Of a stretch of DNA of 64,000 nt, positions 30,610 to 43,044 are shown one piece after another. The notes below the pieces were generated by a model. It searched no databases. It was not told the DNA's origin and was given only the letters and a program-made list of their open reading frames with translations. A program made the position numbers and the translations under genes. Source of the stretch: an uncultured Acidobacteriota bacterium (GTDB lineage: Bacteria; Acidobacteriota; Thermoanaerobaculia; UBA5066; Gp7-AA6); NCBI GenBank assembly GCA_963776755.1, contig CAVZNW010000002.1, positions 1,315,741 to 1,379,740 on the forward strand. The letters run 5' to 3'. Every line of letters starts with the position of its first letter. Positions within the stretch are counted from its first letter, which is position 1.

Positions 30610-33600
30610 GGCCGCGCCGCGTCCGGGCACGCGGGCGGCCGCCGCTTCGCGCACCGCGTCGCGGAACTCGTCCGGGCCTCCCGCGCCGCGTCAGGTACTC
30701 GCGCACGAACTCGTCGTGCGACGGCGCTCGCCGGAAAGGCGAGCTCTCCGTAACGGGCATCGTCCATTCCGTGGAACGGCAGCGGCTCGACCGTCTGGCC
30801 GGCCACGGTGTTCTTGTCGGCGTCCTTGTCCCAGCCGTCGAGAACGACGAGATAGTCGCGCACCCAGCCCGCGGGTACGCGGCGGCAGCATCGACGGCGT
30901 CGAACCGCAGCCGCACGGCGTCGCCGCCCTTCATGACGACGTAGCGGTCGTCGGCCGCGCCGAGCAGGGCTGCGCACGTCGCCGAGACGCGTGTAGAGCC
31001 CGGCCATGTCGGCCCAGCGCGGGCCGCGTCGAGACGTCGTCGTGGACGAAGACCTGCGGGCCCTCCGGCGACTCGCGCTCCATCCGCGAGAACCCGCGAA
31101 AGAAGAGCTCGGCCGAGGACAAGCGGCACGCGCGTCCGGACCAGCGGCACCGACCGGGTCGTCCGACCGTGTAGGCGATGCGGTCCCAGTAGATCGCGAG
31201 GTTGGTGCGGATGCGCACCCGCGGATCCGAGCGATCGAGGACGCCGGAAAGGTCGACGGGCATCGTCTTCGTCTTGCCCGCGGGATAACCCGATGCGACG
31301 GGATCGCGGTCCTCCAGCCCCCCTTCCCGTCCGGGACGTCGAGCAGCTGGACGGCTCGGCCCGCGAGGTCGCGCCGCTGCGACAGCGACACGTTGATGGA
31401 CGTGTCGGCGTAGAAGATCCAGCCCGTCAGGTAGAGCATCACCCGCGAGCGCGTCCGCGCCTCGGGAAGCTCGAGGACGAGCTCGTGCGGCGCGACGAGC
31501 CCCTGGTAGCGGGTCGGCGCGAAGCCGGCGAGATAGACGCCGTCCTCCGCGGCGATCTCCGCCGTCCGGTCACGGCCGGTCTCGTCCGTCGCGCGCGGGC
31601 GTGCGCGGCCGCGACACGGTGAAGATCTTCTTGTCCGGGAAGGGCGGCGGGACCATCTTCTCGTTCGGGACGAGAGCGACTCCGGCGGGATGGTCCACGG
31701 CGTCGAGCTCCGCGAGATCGAAGTACGCGGCCTCCCAGAGCTCCTCGGTGACGTCGAGCGTCAGACGGCCCTCGGACGGCGCGAGCCACGTCCCCGGGCA
31801 CGACCAGCCATTCGCGCGTGTCCGCCGGCCGCCTGGTGGACGCCGTCGTAGAGAAGGCCCGCCGGCGCGCGGCCCGAGGACGTCCGTGACGAAGCGCCAG
31901 CGCGACGCCGTCGAAGGCATAGAGGAACGGGACACGAGCCCTTGAGCTGCTGCACCTCCCGCACGACCGTGCGCACCGGCGGGTCGAGGGCGTTCTGCGG
32001 CACGCCGTTCGTCCAGACGATGCGCAGCACGTCGGCACGGCGGCGGTCGCCGAGGCCGAGACGCGTGACCGGGCGCGACGCGACGCGGTAGACGTAGAGG
32101 TCCTGCGCCCTCGCCTCGATCTCCGAGCCGAAGCCGAAGCGATTGACCTTCGCCGATCCCGTCGGCAGCCCCTCGAGCGCGACGTCGATCCAGCCGTTGG
32201 CGTTGCCGCCGCGATTCTCGAGCAGCGCCACCGTGCCGTCCGGCGTGACGATCGCGAGGTCGAGGTCGCCGTCGCCGTCGAAATCGACGGCCTCGGCCGC
32301 GCGCGCGGGCGGAAGCGCGCCGACGGACGCCGCGGCGAAGCGCCCGGAGCCGTCGTTGCGAAAGAGCGCCGACGGGCCCGACGGGTTCGCGAGAAAGAGG
32401 TCGAGGAACCCGTCGTTGTCGTAGTCGAAGAGGAGGACGGCAAGCGGCCGGACCGAGTCGGCGCGGCCGGCAGGAACGTTCCGTCGCCCGCGATTGAGCG
32501 CGACGAACGGCCCGGCCGTCGGCGGCCCAGACGAGGTCGAGCCGGCCGTCGCCGTTGACGTCGCCGGCCGTCGCATCGGCGATCGCGCCCGTCTTCGGAA
32601 GCCCCGACTCGCGCGGGGCGAGCCGTCCGCCGCGCAGGTTGTCGTAGAGCGACGAAGCCGCCTTCGGGACGCGCGAGCAGCAGGTCGACGTCGCCGTCCC
32701 GGTCGAGGTCCGCGGCGACCGCGAAGAGCGACGCGCGTACCGGCCGCGATGCCGGACGCCGCGGTCGACGTCGGTCCAGGTCCCGTCCAGATTGTTGCGG
32801 AGCAGGCGGTCGCCGTTCTTCGACGAGACGTAGAGGTCGAGGTCGCCGTCGGCGTCCACGTCGAACGGAACGACGCGCTCGCCCGGCGGCGATCTCGACC
32901 CGCCGGTACGCCGCGCCCTCCCGAATCCAGAGCGCCGCCCGGCGTGACGAGGTCGAGCGAGCCGGAGTTGGTCGACGTCGGCGACCGCGACGTCCGAGGC
33001 GCGGAGCCGAGGAGACCGGGGCCTCCGGCGCGATAGCCCCGGAAGCGGCCGGCGCGCGACAGCGACCCGCAGCCCGGACGGTCCCGCGACGACGAGATCC
33101 CGGGCATCCTTGCCGCGCCACGCGCACGACCGCCGCGCCCGAGATCCCGCTGAGAGCCCGCATCCGGCTTCGGCGTGAACGTCACGGGAACGGCCGCGCC
33201 GGCGCGCGCTCGCAGCGAGGCCGCGAGCGCCGGCGCTCCAGTCCTCGAGGGGCAGCCCGACGACTCCGGGCTCGACGTCGTGGCGCGCCTGCTGGTATCG
33301 CGGGCGTCGTCCGCAGAATGTTCTCGGCGACGCGGTACTTCAGGGACGCCGTACGCTCGTCGCCGGCTCCGAGTGCGCCTTCCGCCCTCCGCCATGCGCC
33401 GCGTCGAGCTTGCGCGTCGCCCGAGACGAGCGCCGCCAGCGCGGTCCGCGGCGGCCGCCGCCGGCGGCGTCTCCCTGCCGCGCTCGAGCTCCGACGAGAC
33501 GGACGAGGAGGAACGATGTTGGCCGGCGCCTGTCCGAGCGCCGCCTCGAGATCGCGGATCGCCGCCGCGCGGCCCGCCGGATCGCCCGCCTCCGCGTGCA

Positions 33601-34017
33601 GAGCGCGCCGCGCTCCATCGCGACGCGAGGTCCCGGGGCGACGCCGCGGCGGCCCTCTCGAACATCGGCGATCGGCGCCGGCGCGGTCGCCCGGCGAGCT
33701 CGCGCCGGGCCGCCCTCGAGGGCGAGCGACCCGCGCGTCGCCGGGCGAGAGGCGCAGCGCCTCGGCCAGGAGCCTCTCCGCCGCGGCGAGGTCCTTCGCC
33801 CGCATCGCGGCCACCGCGCCGTCCGCCCAGCCGAGCGGCTCGGCCGGCGCGAGCCGGCGCACCGTCTCGAAGCGCTTCGCGGCCTCGGCGAGGTTGCCCT
33901 CTTCGAGGGCGGCGAGGCCCGACGTTGCGGGCCGATCTGGAGCGCCGTGCGACGTCGGACGGCGAGAGCGGCGCCGCCGCGGGACGCAAGGAAGAGCGAA
34001 GGCGCGAACAAGCACAC
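30606..34017 (-). CDS. Large secreted protein: N-terminal TPR + FG-GAP/VCBS repeats + UnbV/ASPIC + ~300-aa C-terminal extension (paralog 3)
   Basis: Putative GTG 34017 then signal-like [15 protein letters not shown]: [55 protein letters not shown]: [118 protein letters not shown]. UnbV: [33 protein letters not shown]-terminal: [40 protein letters not shown]. The stop 30606 overlaps the paralog-2 ATG (ATGA). Confidence 0.7.
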
Positions 34018-34560
34018 TCGGCGGTCGACCGGCCCGACGACTCCGGCCGCGTTGCCGAGCGCCTTCTCGAAGGCCTCGTGCGACGTCGTCGTCGAGCAGG
34101 CAGAAGACGATGCTTCTGGACGTACTCGGCGTCGGCGCGAAGGAGCGCGCCGCCGCGACGGTGATCTCGGCCGCGAGCGTCGAGCGGAAAGCCGAAGACG
34201 CCCGTCGAGATCGCCGGAACCGCGACCGACGCCGCGCCGATGTCCTCGCCGCGCCGCAGCGCCTGGAGCACGGCCGACGCGAGCAGCATCTCCTCGCCGA
34301 ACGTGCCGCCCTTCCAGACCGGGCCGACGGCGTGGATGACCCACCTCGCCGGGAGCTTGCCCGCCCTTCGTCACGACGGCCTGCCCGACGGCGCACGTGC
34401 CGATCCGGTCGCACTCGTCCTGGATCGTCGGGCCGCCGTGCTGCCGGATCGCGCCGGCGACGCCCGATCCGAGCTGGAGCGCCTCGTTGGCGGCGTTGAC
34501 GATCGCGTCCACGTGCATCCGCGTGATGTCCGTCTTGGCGAGCTCGATCGAGGCGGGCAT
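34018..34560 (-). CDS. Macro domain protein (O-acetyl-ADP-ribose deacetylase, YmdB-like); no stop codon found before the next gene
   Basis: [67 protein letters not shown] / [10 protein letters not shown] / [12 protein letters not shown] / [10 protein letters not shown]. Confidence 0.75.
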
Positions 34561-35661
34561 GTCGGCTCGGACCGTCTCCAGGCGTCCGACGAGCCGCCGC
34601 GACGATCGCGTCGGCGATCCGCAGGTAGGCCTCCGACACCGCCGACTTGCGGCTCGCCGGCGACGATCGGGCGGCCCGAGTCGCCGCCGGCGACCACCTT
34701 CGGGTCGAGCGGGATCTCGCCGAGGAACGGCACCTGGAGCTGCTCGGCCGTGCGCTTGCCGCCGCCGTGCTTGAAGATCTCCTCGCGATGGCCGCACGTG
34801 GGGCAGACGTAGTAGCGACATGTTCTCGATGATGCCGAGGACCGGGCACGTTCACCTTCTGGAACATCGCGAGGCCCTTGCGCGCGTCGATGAGCGAGAC
34901 GTCCTGCGGCGTCGTCACGATGACGGCGCCGGAGAGCTGGATCTTCTGCGTCAGCGTCAGCTGCGCGTCGCCCGTCCCGGGCGGCAGGTCGATCGACGAG
35001 GAAGTCGAGCGTTCCCCAGGCCACGTCCTGGAGGAACTGCTCGACGGCCTTCATGACCATCGGGCCGCGCCAGATCACCGGCTGGTCGACGTCCATCAGG
35101 AACCCGAGCGACATGACCTTCACGCCGTAGCGCTCGATCGGGACGATCTTGTTCGCCTCGTTGACGTAGGGCTTCTCGTCGATCCCCATCATCATCTGCT
35201 GCGACGGACCGTAGATGTCGGAGTCCATCAGACCGACGCGGTAGCCGAGCCGCTCGAGGGCGAGCGCGAGGTTCGCCGCCACCGTCGACTTGCCCGACGC
35301 CGCCCTTGCCCGACGCGACCGCGACCTTGAAACGCGACGTCCTGGAGGATGCGTCGGCACGGGGGCCGGCGCCGGCGGGCCGGGCGCCGCCGGGGCCGGG
35401 GCGGCTTCACGTCGAGGCGGATCGTGACCGCGTTGACGCCCGGGAGGCTGCGCAGCTTCTCGGTCGCGTCGCGCTGGATCTCCTCGGCGGCGCGGCGGCG
35501 ACTCGGTCGTGATCTCGAGGCGCAACGAGACGTTGCCGCCGCCGACCGTGAGGTCCTTGACGAAGCCGAACGAGACGATGTCGCGCGAGAGGCCCGGGGA
35601 ACCGCACGGTCCGCAGGACCTCGAGAACCTTCTCCTCGGTCAGCTCCGCCGTCGCGCTCAT
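34561..35661 (-). CDS. apbC: Mrp/NBP35-family iron-sulfur cluster carrier ATPase (ApbC); 3' end undefined (no stop in any frame)
   Basis: [19 protein letters not shown] (DUF59-like N-terminus); [43 protein letters not shown] (read across a break); [40 protein letters not shown]; [51 protein letters not shown]. Confidence 0.85.
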
Positions 35662-36420
35662 CGTCTCTCCCGCGAGGCGATTCTATGCCGGCCCTCGCCT
35701 CCTCGCGCAGCGCCGCGATCGCGCTCCCGCAGCTCCTCGGTCAGCGCTCCGCGGTCCGCGGCTCGGGCGGCCCGCGGCCGCGATCGGCTCGCCCACCGCG
35801 AGCACAGACCCGCGAGGGCGTGATCGTGAAACCGCCGCGCCGCTGGATGCCGGAACGTTCCCGCGAGGCCCAGCGGCAGCGAGCGGGCAGCCCCGACTTC
35901 AGCGCCAGCAGCGCCGCGCCGCGCCTTGAACGGGAGCAGCTCGCCCGTCGCGCGTCCGCGTCTCCTCGGGGAAGACGACCAGGGAGCGGCCCCTCTCCAG
36001 CCGCGTCGAGCGCCGCGTCGACGATCGGCGGCGCTGCGCGCGCGCGTCTCGCCGGTCGACCGGGATGAACCCGGCGGCCGCCATCGACCAGCCCGAGGAA
36101 CGGCAGCCGGAAGAGGTTGCGCTTGGCGAGAAACGCGCACCGACATCGGCAGGACCGCGAGCAGCACGAGGATGTCGTAGAAGCTCTCGTGGTTGGCGGC
36201 GATGCACGAAGCTCTCGTCCGCGGCCGAGCCGCTCGGGGTGACGCACGTCGCACGCGCACGCCCGACACCCCGAGGATCAGCCGCGCCCAGCGCGCGCCA
36301 GCGGAGAAACCACTCGCCGCCGCGGCGGGCACGAGCGCCAGCGGGATCGCCGGCAGCCCGAACAGGATCGTCGCGCCGCGCGATGACGATCCAGACCACG
36401 AGCGATCGGAGAAAGCGCAC
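35658..36420 (-). CDS. plsC: 1-acyl-sn-glycerol-3-phosphate acyltransferase
   Basis: MRFLRSLVVWIVIA; IAANHESFYDILVLLAVLP (HxxxxD motif NHESFYD); FLAKRNLFRLPFLGW.MAAAGFIPVDR; SLVVFPEETRTRDG.LLPFK.GAALLALKSGLP. The stop overlaps the apbC ATG. Confidence 0.8.
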
Positions 36421-36467
36421 TCGGCGCCAGAGCGTAGCAGAGCCGCAAGCTCTCGACGCTTCCGGCG

Positions 36468-36507
36468 TTTACAGCGCGCGGAGGGACGGCGTAGAATGCG
36501 CCGTCCC
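36468..36507 (+). promoter_or_regulatory. mlaE promoter: TTTACA-18 nt-TAGAAT, with a perfect 9-bp inverted repeat clamping the -10 box
   Basis: TTTACA 36468-36473; TAGAAT 36492-36497, 11 nt before ATG 36509. GGGACGGCG (36483-36491) / CGCCGTCCC (36499-36507) are exact reverse complements. Confidence 0.55.
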
Positions 36508-36508
36508 C

Positions 36509-37340
36509 ATGACGCAACCCGAACCCTCCGCGACGGCGATCTTCTATCGCAACCTCGGCTGGCTGCGGTTCGTGGACCGCTTCGGCCGCAAGGGCTCGCA
36601 GACCGTCGAGTACCTCGGGCGGCCTGTCCCAGCTGGTCGGCCAGACGATCGCCGCGGTGCGTCAGCCGGCCCTTCTACTCGATCGAGCTCGCTCGATCAG
36701 ATGGACGAGCTCGGCGTCAAGTCGGTGTCGATCACGGGCATCACCGCGCTCTTCACCGGCATGGTGCTCGCGCTGCAGACGGCCTACTCGCTCGAGGCCT
36801 TCGGCGGCAAGATGTTCGTCGGCCGCGTCGTCTCGCTCTCGCTCGTGCGCGAGCTCGGCCCGGTCCTGACGGCGCTCATGGTCGGCGGCCGCGTCGGCTC
36901 CGGCATCACCGCGGAGCTCGGCTCGATGACCGTGACCGAGCAGGTCGATGCGCTGCGCGCGATGGCGATCTCGCCGGTCCGGCGGCTCGTCGTGCCGCGC
37001 GTGCTCGCGATCATCATCATGATGCCCGTCCTGACCGCGATCGCCGACGTGCTCGGCATCCTCGGCGGACTCGTCATCGCCGTGCTCGAGCTCCGGATGA
37101 CCGCCCAGGACTACATCACCAGCATCTGGCAGCAGCTCGCCGATCTCCGACATCTTCAGCGGCCTCGGCAAGACGGTCTTCTTCGGCTTCGAGATCGCCG
37201 CCATCGGCTGCTACAACGGCCTCCAGGTCGAGGGCGGCGCCGCGGCCGTCGGCCGGGCCACGACGCGCACGGTCGTCCTCGCCTCGATCTGCGTCCTCGT
37301 CTCGGACTTCTTCCTGACGAAGCTCTTCCTGGCCATCTGA
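36509..37340 (+). CDS. mlaE: MlaE-family ABC transporter permease
   Basis: QMDELGVKSVSITGITALFTGMVLALQTAYSLEAFGGKMFVGRVVSLSLVRELGPVLTALMVGGRVGSGITAELGSMTVTEQVDALRAMAISPVRRLVVPRVLA; tail GLGKTVFFGFEIAAIGCYNGL..VLVSDFFLTKLFLAI*. Confidence 0.9.
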
Positions 37341-38188
37341 TGAGCGCAGCCGCCGCCCCGACCGCGTCCGCCGGCACGCCTACGCGCGCGCCGTCGGCGA
37401 GAGCCGATCGTCGAGTTCAAGGAGGTCTGGAAGAGCTACTCGGGCCGCGACATCCTCGCCGGCGTCAACCTCCAGATCCGGCGCGGCGAGGTCCTCTGCG
37501 TGCTCGGCCCGTCCGGCACCGGCAAGAGCGTGACGCTGCGCCACATCAACGGCCTGACGCAGCCGGACGCGGCGACGTGCTCGTCTTCGGCGAGTCGATC
37601 GTCGGCGCTCTCCGAGGAGCAGCTCTCGCCCGTGCGCCGCCGCCTCGCCATGCTCTTCCAGGGCGGCGCGCTCTTCGACTCGATGAACGTCGAGGACAAC
37701 ATCGCCTTTCCCGTCCGCGAGCACACCGGAGAAGACGCCCGAGCGAGATCGCCGCGATCGTCGCCGAGAAGCTGACGATGGTGGGGCTGCCCGGCATCCA
37801 GCGCAAGATGCCGTCCGAGCTCTCGGGCGGGATGCGCAAGCGCGTCGCGCTCGCGCGCTCCATCGCGCTCGAGCCCGGAGATCATCCTCTACGACGAGCC
37901 GACGACCGGCCTCGACCCGCTCTCCTCCGAGAAGATCGCGCAGCTCATCGTCGACGTCAACGTGCGGCTCCAGACGACCTCGGTCGTCGTGACGCACGAC
38001 ATCGTCACGGCGCGCACCGTCGCCGACCGGCGTCGCCTTCCTCCACCAGGGGCGCTTCCAGTTCATCGGCACGTTCGAGGAAGCCGCGGCGAGCGGCCAC
38101 CCCGTGCTCCTGGAGTACTTCCGCGCCATGGGCTTCCCCTGCGGCACGGGCGCCTTCCAGGCGGTTCCGCGAGCCGAAGGGAGCGTGA
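37340..38188 (+). CDS. mlaF: MlaF-family ABC transporter ATP-binding protein
   Basis: VLGPSGTGKSVTLRHINGL (Walker A); RRLAMLFQGGALFDSMNVEDNIAFPVREHT; LSGGMRKRVALARSIALEP (signature); ILYDEPTTGLDP (Walker B). The ATG overlaps the mlaE stop. Confidence 0.9.
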   Translation: MSAAAAPTASAGTPTRAPSARADRRVQGGLEELLGPRHPRRRQPPDPARRGPLRARPVRHRQERDAAPHQRPDAAGRGDVLVFGESIVGALRGAALARAPPPRHALPGRRALRLDERRGQHRLSRPRAHRRRRPSEIAAIVAEKLTMVGLPGIQRKMPSELSGGMRKRVALARSIALEPGDHPLRRADDRPRPALLREDRAAHRRRQRAAPDDLGRRDARHRHGAHRRRPASPSSTRGASSSSARSRKPRRAATPCSWSTSAPWASPAARAPSRRFREPKGA

Positions 38189-39407
38189 GCCGTGGCCGGA
38201 GAGACAGCAGGTCGGCCGTCGTTTCCGGGTCGGCATCGTGGTCCTCGTCGCGCTGGTCGCGACGATGATCGGGGTCTTCATGATCGGCCAGCGGGCCAAC
38301 CTCTTCCGCAAGCAAGTTCCCCTACGAGACGCACTTCGAGTCGGCGGCCGGCCTCGTCCGGGCGGCAACGTCGTGACGCTGAACGGCGTCGTCGTCGGCA
38401 GCGTCATCGAGGTCAACCTCTCGGGCGACCCGGCCGACCGCACCGTGCGGGTCGTCTACGACGTCGTGCGGCGCTGGGCGCCGATGATCCGCAAGGGGAC
38501 GCGCGCCTCGATCAAGACGCGTGGCCTCCTCGGCGACAAGTACATCGAGCTCGAGGGCGGCCAGGCCGACGAGCCCGAGGTGCCGATCGGCGGCGAGATC
38601 CCGGCGGCGCCGGGCGCGGGCCTCGAGAAGCTCCTCGAGGGCAGCGGCGATCTCCTGACCGACCTCTCGGCGATCGCCAAGTCGCTCAAGAACATCCTCG
38701 GCCGGACCGAGAAGGGCGAGGGCTTTCTCGGCGCAATCACGTCCAACAGCGAGGAGAGCGTCGCAGCTCGGCAACAACTTCAACGCGACGCTCCACTCGC
38801 TCAACTCGATCCTCGAGAAGATCGACAGCGGCAAGGGCCTCGCCGGCAAGCCTCCTGATCGACGAGAAGTACGGACGCGAGACGAGCGACGTCGCTCGCC
38901 GGCGCGATCCGCTCCGTCCAGTCGCTGCTCTGCGCAGATCGACGAGGGCGTCCGGACCGGCAACGGCGCCATCCCGGCGCTGCTCTCGGATCCCGGAGGG
39001 CAAGAAGAAGATCTACGCGCTCGTCGACAACCTCGCGCACCGCGGCCGCGGCGCTGGCGCCGTGTCGCCGAAGAACCTCGAGAAGGGCAACGGCGCGATC
39101 CCGATCCTGCTGCACGATCCGCAGTTCGGGAAGGCCTTCACGGGGAACCTGCAGAGCCTCTCGGCCAGCACCTCGACTCGATCTCGCGCAAGCTCGACGA
39201 GGGCGACGGGCACCGCCGGCAAGCTCATCAACGATCCGTCGCTCTTCGACGCCGCCAACCGGCTCGTCGTCGGCGTCAACGAGTCGGCGATCCTGCGCTG
39301 GCTGATCAAGGACCGGCAGAAGTCCGGGCATCAAGAAGGAATACAACGACGCGTCCACGCCGGGACGCTCGAGCCGATCGCCGACGCCGGCTGCGCCGCC
39401 GCAGTGA
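38185..39407 (+). CDS. mlaD: MlaD/MCE-domain protein
   Basis: VGRRFRVGIVVLVALVATMIGVFMIGQ; VVTLNGVVVGSVIEVNLSGDPADRTVRVVYDVVRRWAPMIRKGTRASIKTRGLLGDKYIELEGG; long helical C-terminus (LINDPSLFDAANRLVVGVNESAILRWLIKD). Confidence 0.85.
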
Positions 39408-40407
39408 AGCTCCTCGTCACGGGCGGCGCCGGCTTCATCGGCTCGCACCTCGCGGACCGCCGCCTCGCGCGAGGGCGACCGGGTCGTCGTGCTCGACGAC
39501 TTCAACGACTTCTACGACCCGGCGCGTGAAGCGCGCGAACGTCGCCGCCGCACCGCGGCCGATCCGACGCTACCGCCTCGTCGAGGGCGACATCCGCGAC
39601 CGCGCGCTCGTCTTCCGCCTCTTCGCCGAGGAGCGCTTCGACGCCGTCGCTCCACCTCGCCGCCCGCGCCGGCGTGCGGCCCTCGCTCACGCAGCCGGTG
39701 CTCTACGAGGAGGTCAACTGCGTCGCGACGCTGCACCTGCTCGAGGCGGCGCGTCGCGCACGGCAAGCCGCGCTTCGTCTTCGCCTCCTCGTCGTCGGTC
39801 TACGGCATCAACTCGAAGCTCCCCTTCTCCGAGGACGACCCGATCGAGCGGCCGATCTCGCCCGTACGCCACGACCAAGCGGGCCGGCGAGCTCCACGTC
39901 TTCAACGCCCACCACCTCCACGGCCTCCCGGCCGTCTGCCTGCGGTTCTTCACGGTCTACGGCCCGCGCCAGCGGCCGGAGATGGCGATCGCCCGGTTCA
40001 TCCGCTGCCTCGAGGCGGACGAGCCCATTCCCTTCTACGGCGACGGCACCTCCCGGCGCGACTACACCTACATCGACGACATCGTCGACGGCGTCGAGGC
40101 GGCGCTCGAGCGCGGCCTCGGCTTCGAGATCGTCAACCTCGGCGGCGCCCGGCCCGTGACGCTCGCCGAGCTCGTCGCGGCGCTCGAGCGCGCCGACCGG
40201 GCACGACGGCGCGGCTCGACCGCCAGCCCGACGCAGCCGGGCGACGTGCCGGTGACCTTCGCGGCCGTCGAGAAGGCCGAGCGGCTCCTCGGCTTCCGGG
40301 CGCGGGTGCCGCTCGAGGAAGGGCTGCGCCGGGCGGTCGCCTGGTACCGCGTCGGCGGCGGCCGTGGCCGGCCGGCCATGAGTCGAAGCACGCGAGGAGC
40401 GTCATGA
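39404..40407 (+). CDS. NAD-dependent sugar epimerase (UDP-glucuronate 4-epimerase-like)
   Basis: [17 protein letters not shown]; [10 protein letters not shown]; [11 protein letters not shown]; [11 protein letters not shown] (YxxxK); [21 protein letters not shown]; [18 protein letters not shown]. Confidence 0.8.
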
Positions 40408-41732
40408 ACATCTGCATGGTCGGGACCGGCTACGTCGGCCTCGTCACGGGCGCCTGCCTCGCCGACTTCGGCATGAACGTCATCTGCGTCGACAAGGACG
40501 CCGACAAGATCGCGGCCCTCCAGCGCGGCGAGATCCCGATCTACGAGCCCGGGCTCGAGGAGCTCGTCGCGCGCAACGAGCGCGCCGGCCGCCTGCGCTT
40601 CACGACGGACCTCGAAGGCCGGCGATCGAGCGACGCGCTCGCGATCTTCATCGCCGTCGGCACGCCGCCGAAGGCCGACGGCTCGCCGGACCTGCACGTT
40701 CGTCGCGCCAGGTCGGCCGAGTCGATCGCGCGAGCACATGAACGGCTACAAGGTCGTCGTGACGAAGTCGCACCGTGCCGACCGGGACCGGCACGCATGA
40801 TCGAGGAGATCCTCCGCGACGAAGCAACGGCCGGCACGAGTTCTCCGTCGCCTCGAACCCCGAGTTCCTGCGCGAGGGCTCGGCGATCGACGGACTTCCT
40901 GCGCCCCGACCGCGTCGTCATCGGCGCCGCGCGACGCCCGCGCCGTCGAGATCCTGAAGGAGATCTACAGCCCGCTCTACCTGATCGAGACGCCGTTCGT
41001 CATCACCGACGTCGAGTCGGCCGAGCTGATCAAGTACGCCTCGAACGGCTTCCTCGCCGTCAAGATCTCGTTCATCAACGAGATCGCGACGCTGTGCGAG
41101 CTGATGGGCGCCGACGTCCACGACGTGGCGCGCGGCATGGGCCTCGACAAGCGCATCGGCCGCAAGTTCCTGCACCCCGGGCCCGGGCTTCGGCGGCTCC
41201 TGCTTCCCGAAGGACACGCTCGGCGGTCGGCCGACCTCGCGCGGCAGCACGGCTACACGTTCGAGATCATCGAGGCCGACGCATCCGGGCCAACGACGCG
41301 ACGAAGGCCCGCATGATCGAGAAGATCGAGGCGGCCGCCGGGCCGCTCGCGGGCAAGACCGTCGCCGTGCTCGGCCTCGTCCTTCAAGCCCGAGACCGAC
41401 GACATCCGCGAGTCGCCCGCGCTCGCGGTCGTCGCGGACCTCGGAAGCGCGCGGCGCGCGCGTCCGCGCCTTCGATCCCGCGGCGATGGAGAACGCCCGA
41501 GCCGTTCATCCCCGACGCTGCACTACGCCGAGGACGCCTACGACTGCGCCGGCGGGCGCCGACTTCCTCGTCCTCGCCACGGAGTGGAACGAGTTCCGCA
41601 AGCTCGACCTGCAGCGGCTCTCGCGCCGCGGCTGCGCTCGAAGACGATGATCGATCTGCGGAACGTCTACGAGCCCGGCCGAGATGCGGCGCCGTCGGCT
41701 GGACGCTACGCGGGCGTCGGCCGGCCGGATGA
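40404..41732 (+). CDS. ugd: UDP-glucose 6-dehydrogenase
   Basis: [55 protein letters not shown]; VVVTKSTVP.GT; [27 protein letters not shown]; [41 protein letters not shown]; [12 protein letters not shown]. Confidence 0.9.
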   Translation: MNICMVGTGYVGLVTGACLADFGMNVICVDKDADKIAALQRGEIPIYEPGLEELVARNERAGRLRFTTDLEGRRSSDALAIFIAVGTPPKADGSPDLHVRRARSAESIARAHERLQGRRDEVAPCRPGPARMIEEILRDEATAGTSSPSPRTPSSCARARRSTDFLRPDRVVIGAARRPRRRDPEGDLQPALPDRDAVRHHRRRVGRADQVRLERLPRRQDLVHQRDRDAVRADGRRRPRRGARHGPRQAHRPQVPAPRARASAAPASRRTRSAVGRPRAAARLHVRDHRGRRIRANDATKARMIEKIEAAAGPLAGKTVAVLGLVLQARDRRHPRVARARGRRGPRKRAARASAPSIPRRWRTPEPFIPDAALRRGRLRLRRRAPTSSSSPRSGTSSASSTCSGSRAAAALEDDDRSAERLRARPRCGAVGWTLRGRRPAG

Positions 41733-41749
41733 CGGAAGGAACGCGAGCG

Positions 41750-42704
<955 letters not shown>

Positions 42705-42708
<4 letters not shown>

Positions 42709-42963
42709 CCCGCCGGCGGCTTCCCGTCGCCGTCGCCGTCGCTGCCGATCGCCTCGACCGGGCAGGAGTCCATGGCTTCCTGGCACCGGGCGTCCTCTTC
42801 GGGCGTCTCGGGCTGCCGGGAGACGTAGGAATAGCCCCGGTCCTCGTTGCGCTGGAAGTTTTCGGGAGCGGTGACGCGGCAGACGTCGCAATCGATGCAC
42901 TGCGCGTCCACGTAGTACTTTCCGGCGACGCTTTCCGCCACCTTGTCCTTGCGGTCGGCCATG
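42705..42963 (-). CDS. Small [4Fe-4S] ferredoxin (intact)
   Basis: [76 protein letters not shown] (CxxCxxC...C and CP). The ORF track lists a longer 42705..43001 version. Confidence 0.8.
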
Positions 42964-42973
42964 AGGGCGGGAA

Positions 42974-42979
42974 CCTTAG
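42974..42979 (-). promoter_or_regulatory. -10-like TAAGGT 10 nt upstream of the ferredoxin ATG
   Basis: Minus strand reads gtgcTAAGGTtcccgccctcATGgcc. Confidence 0.3.
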
Positions 42980-43044
42980 CACGGCGTCCGACGCCCGCCA
43001 AATGAAGGTTCGGTCAAGAACCGGGGCCGCGCGGGGCCCTGCGC

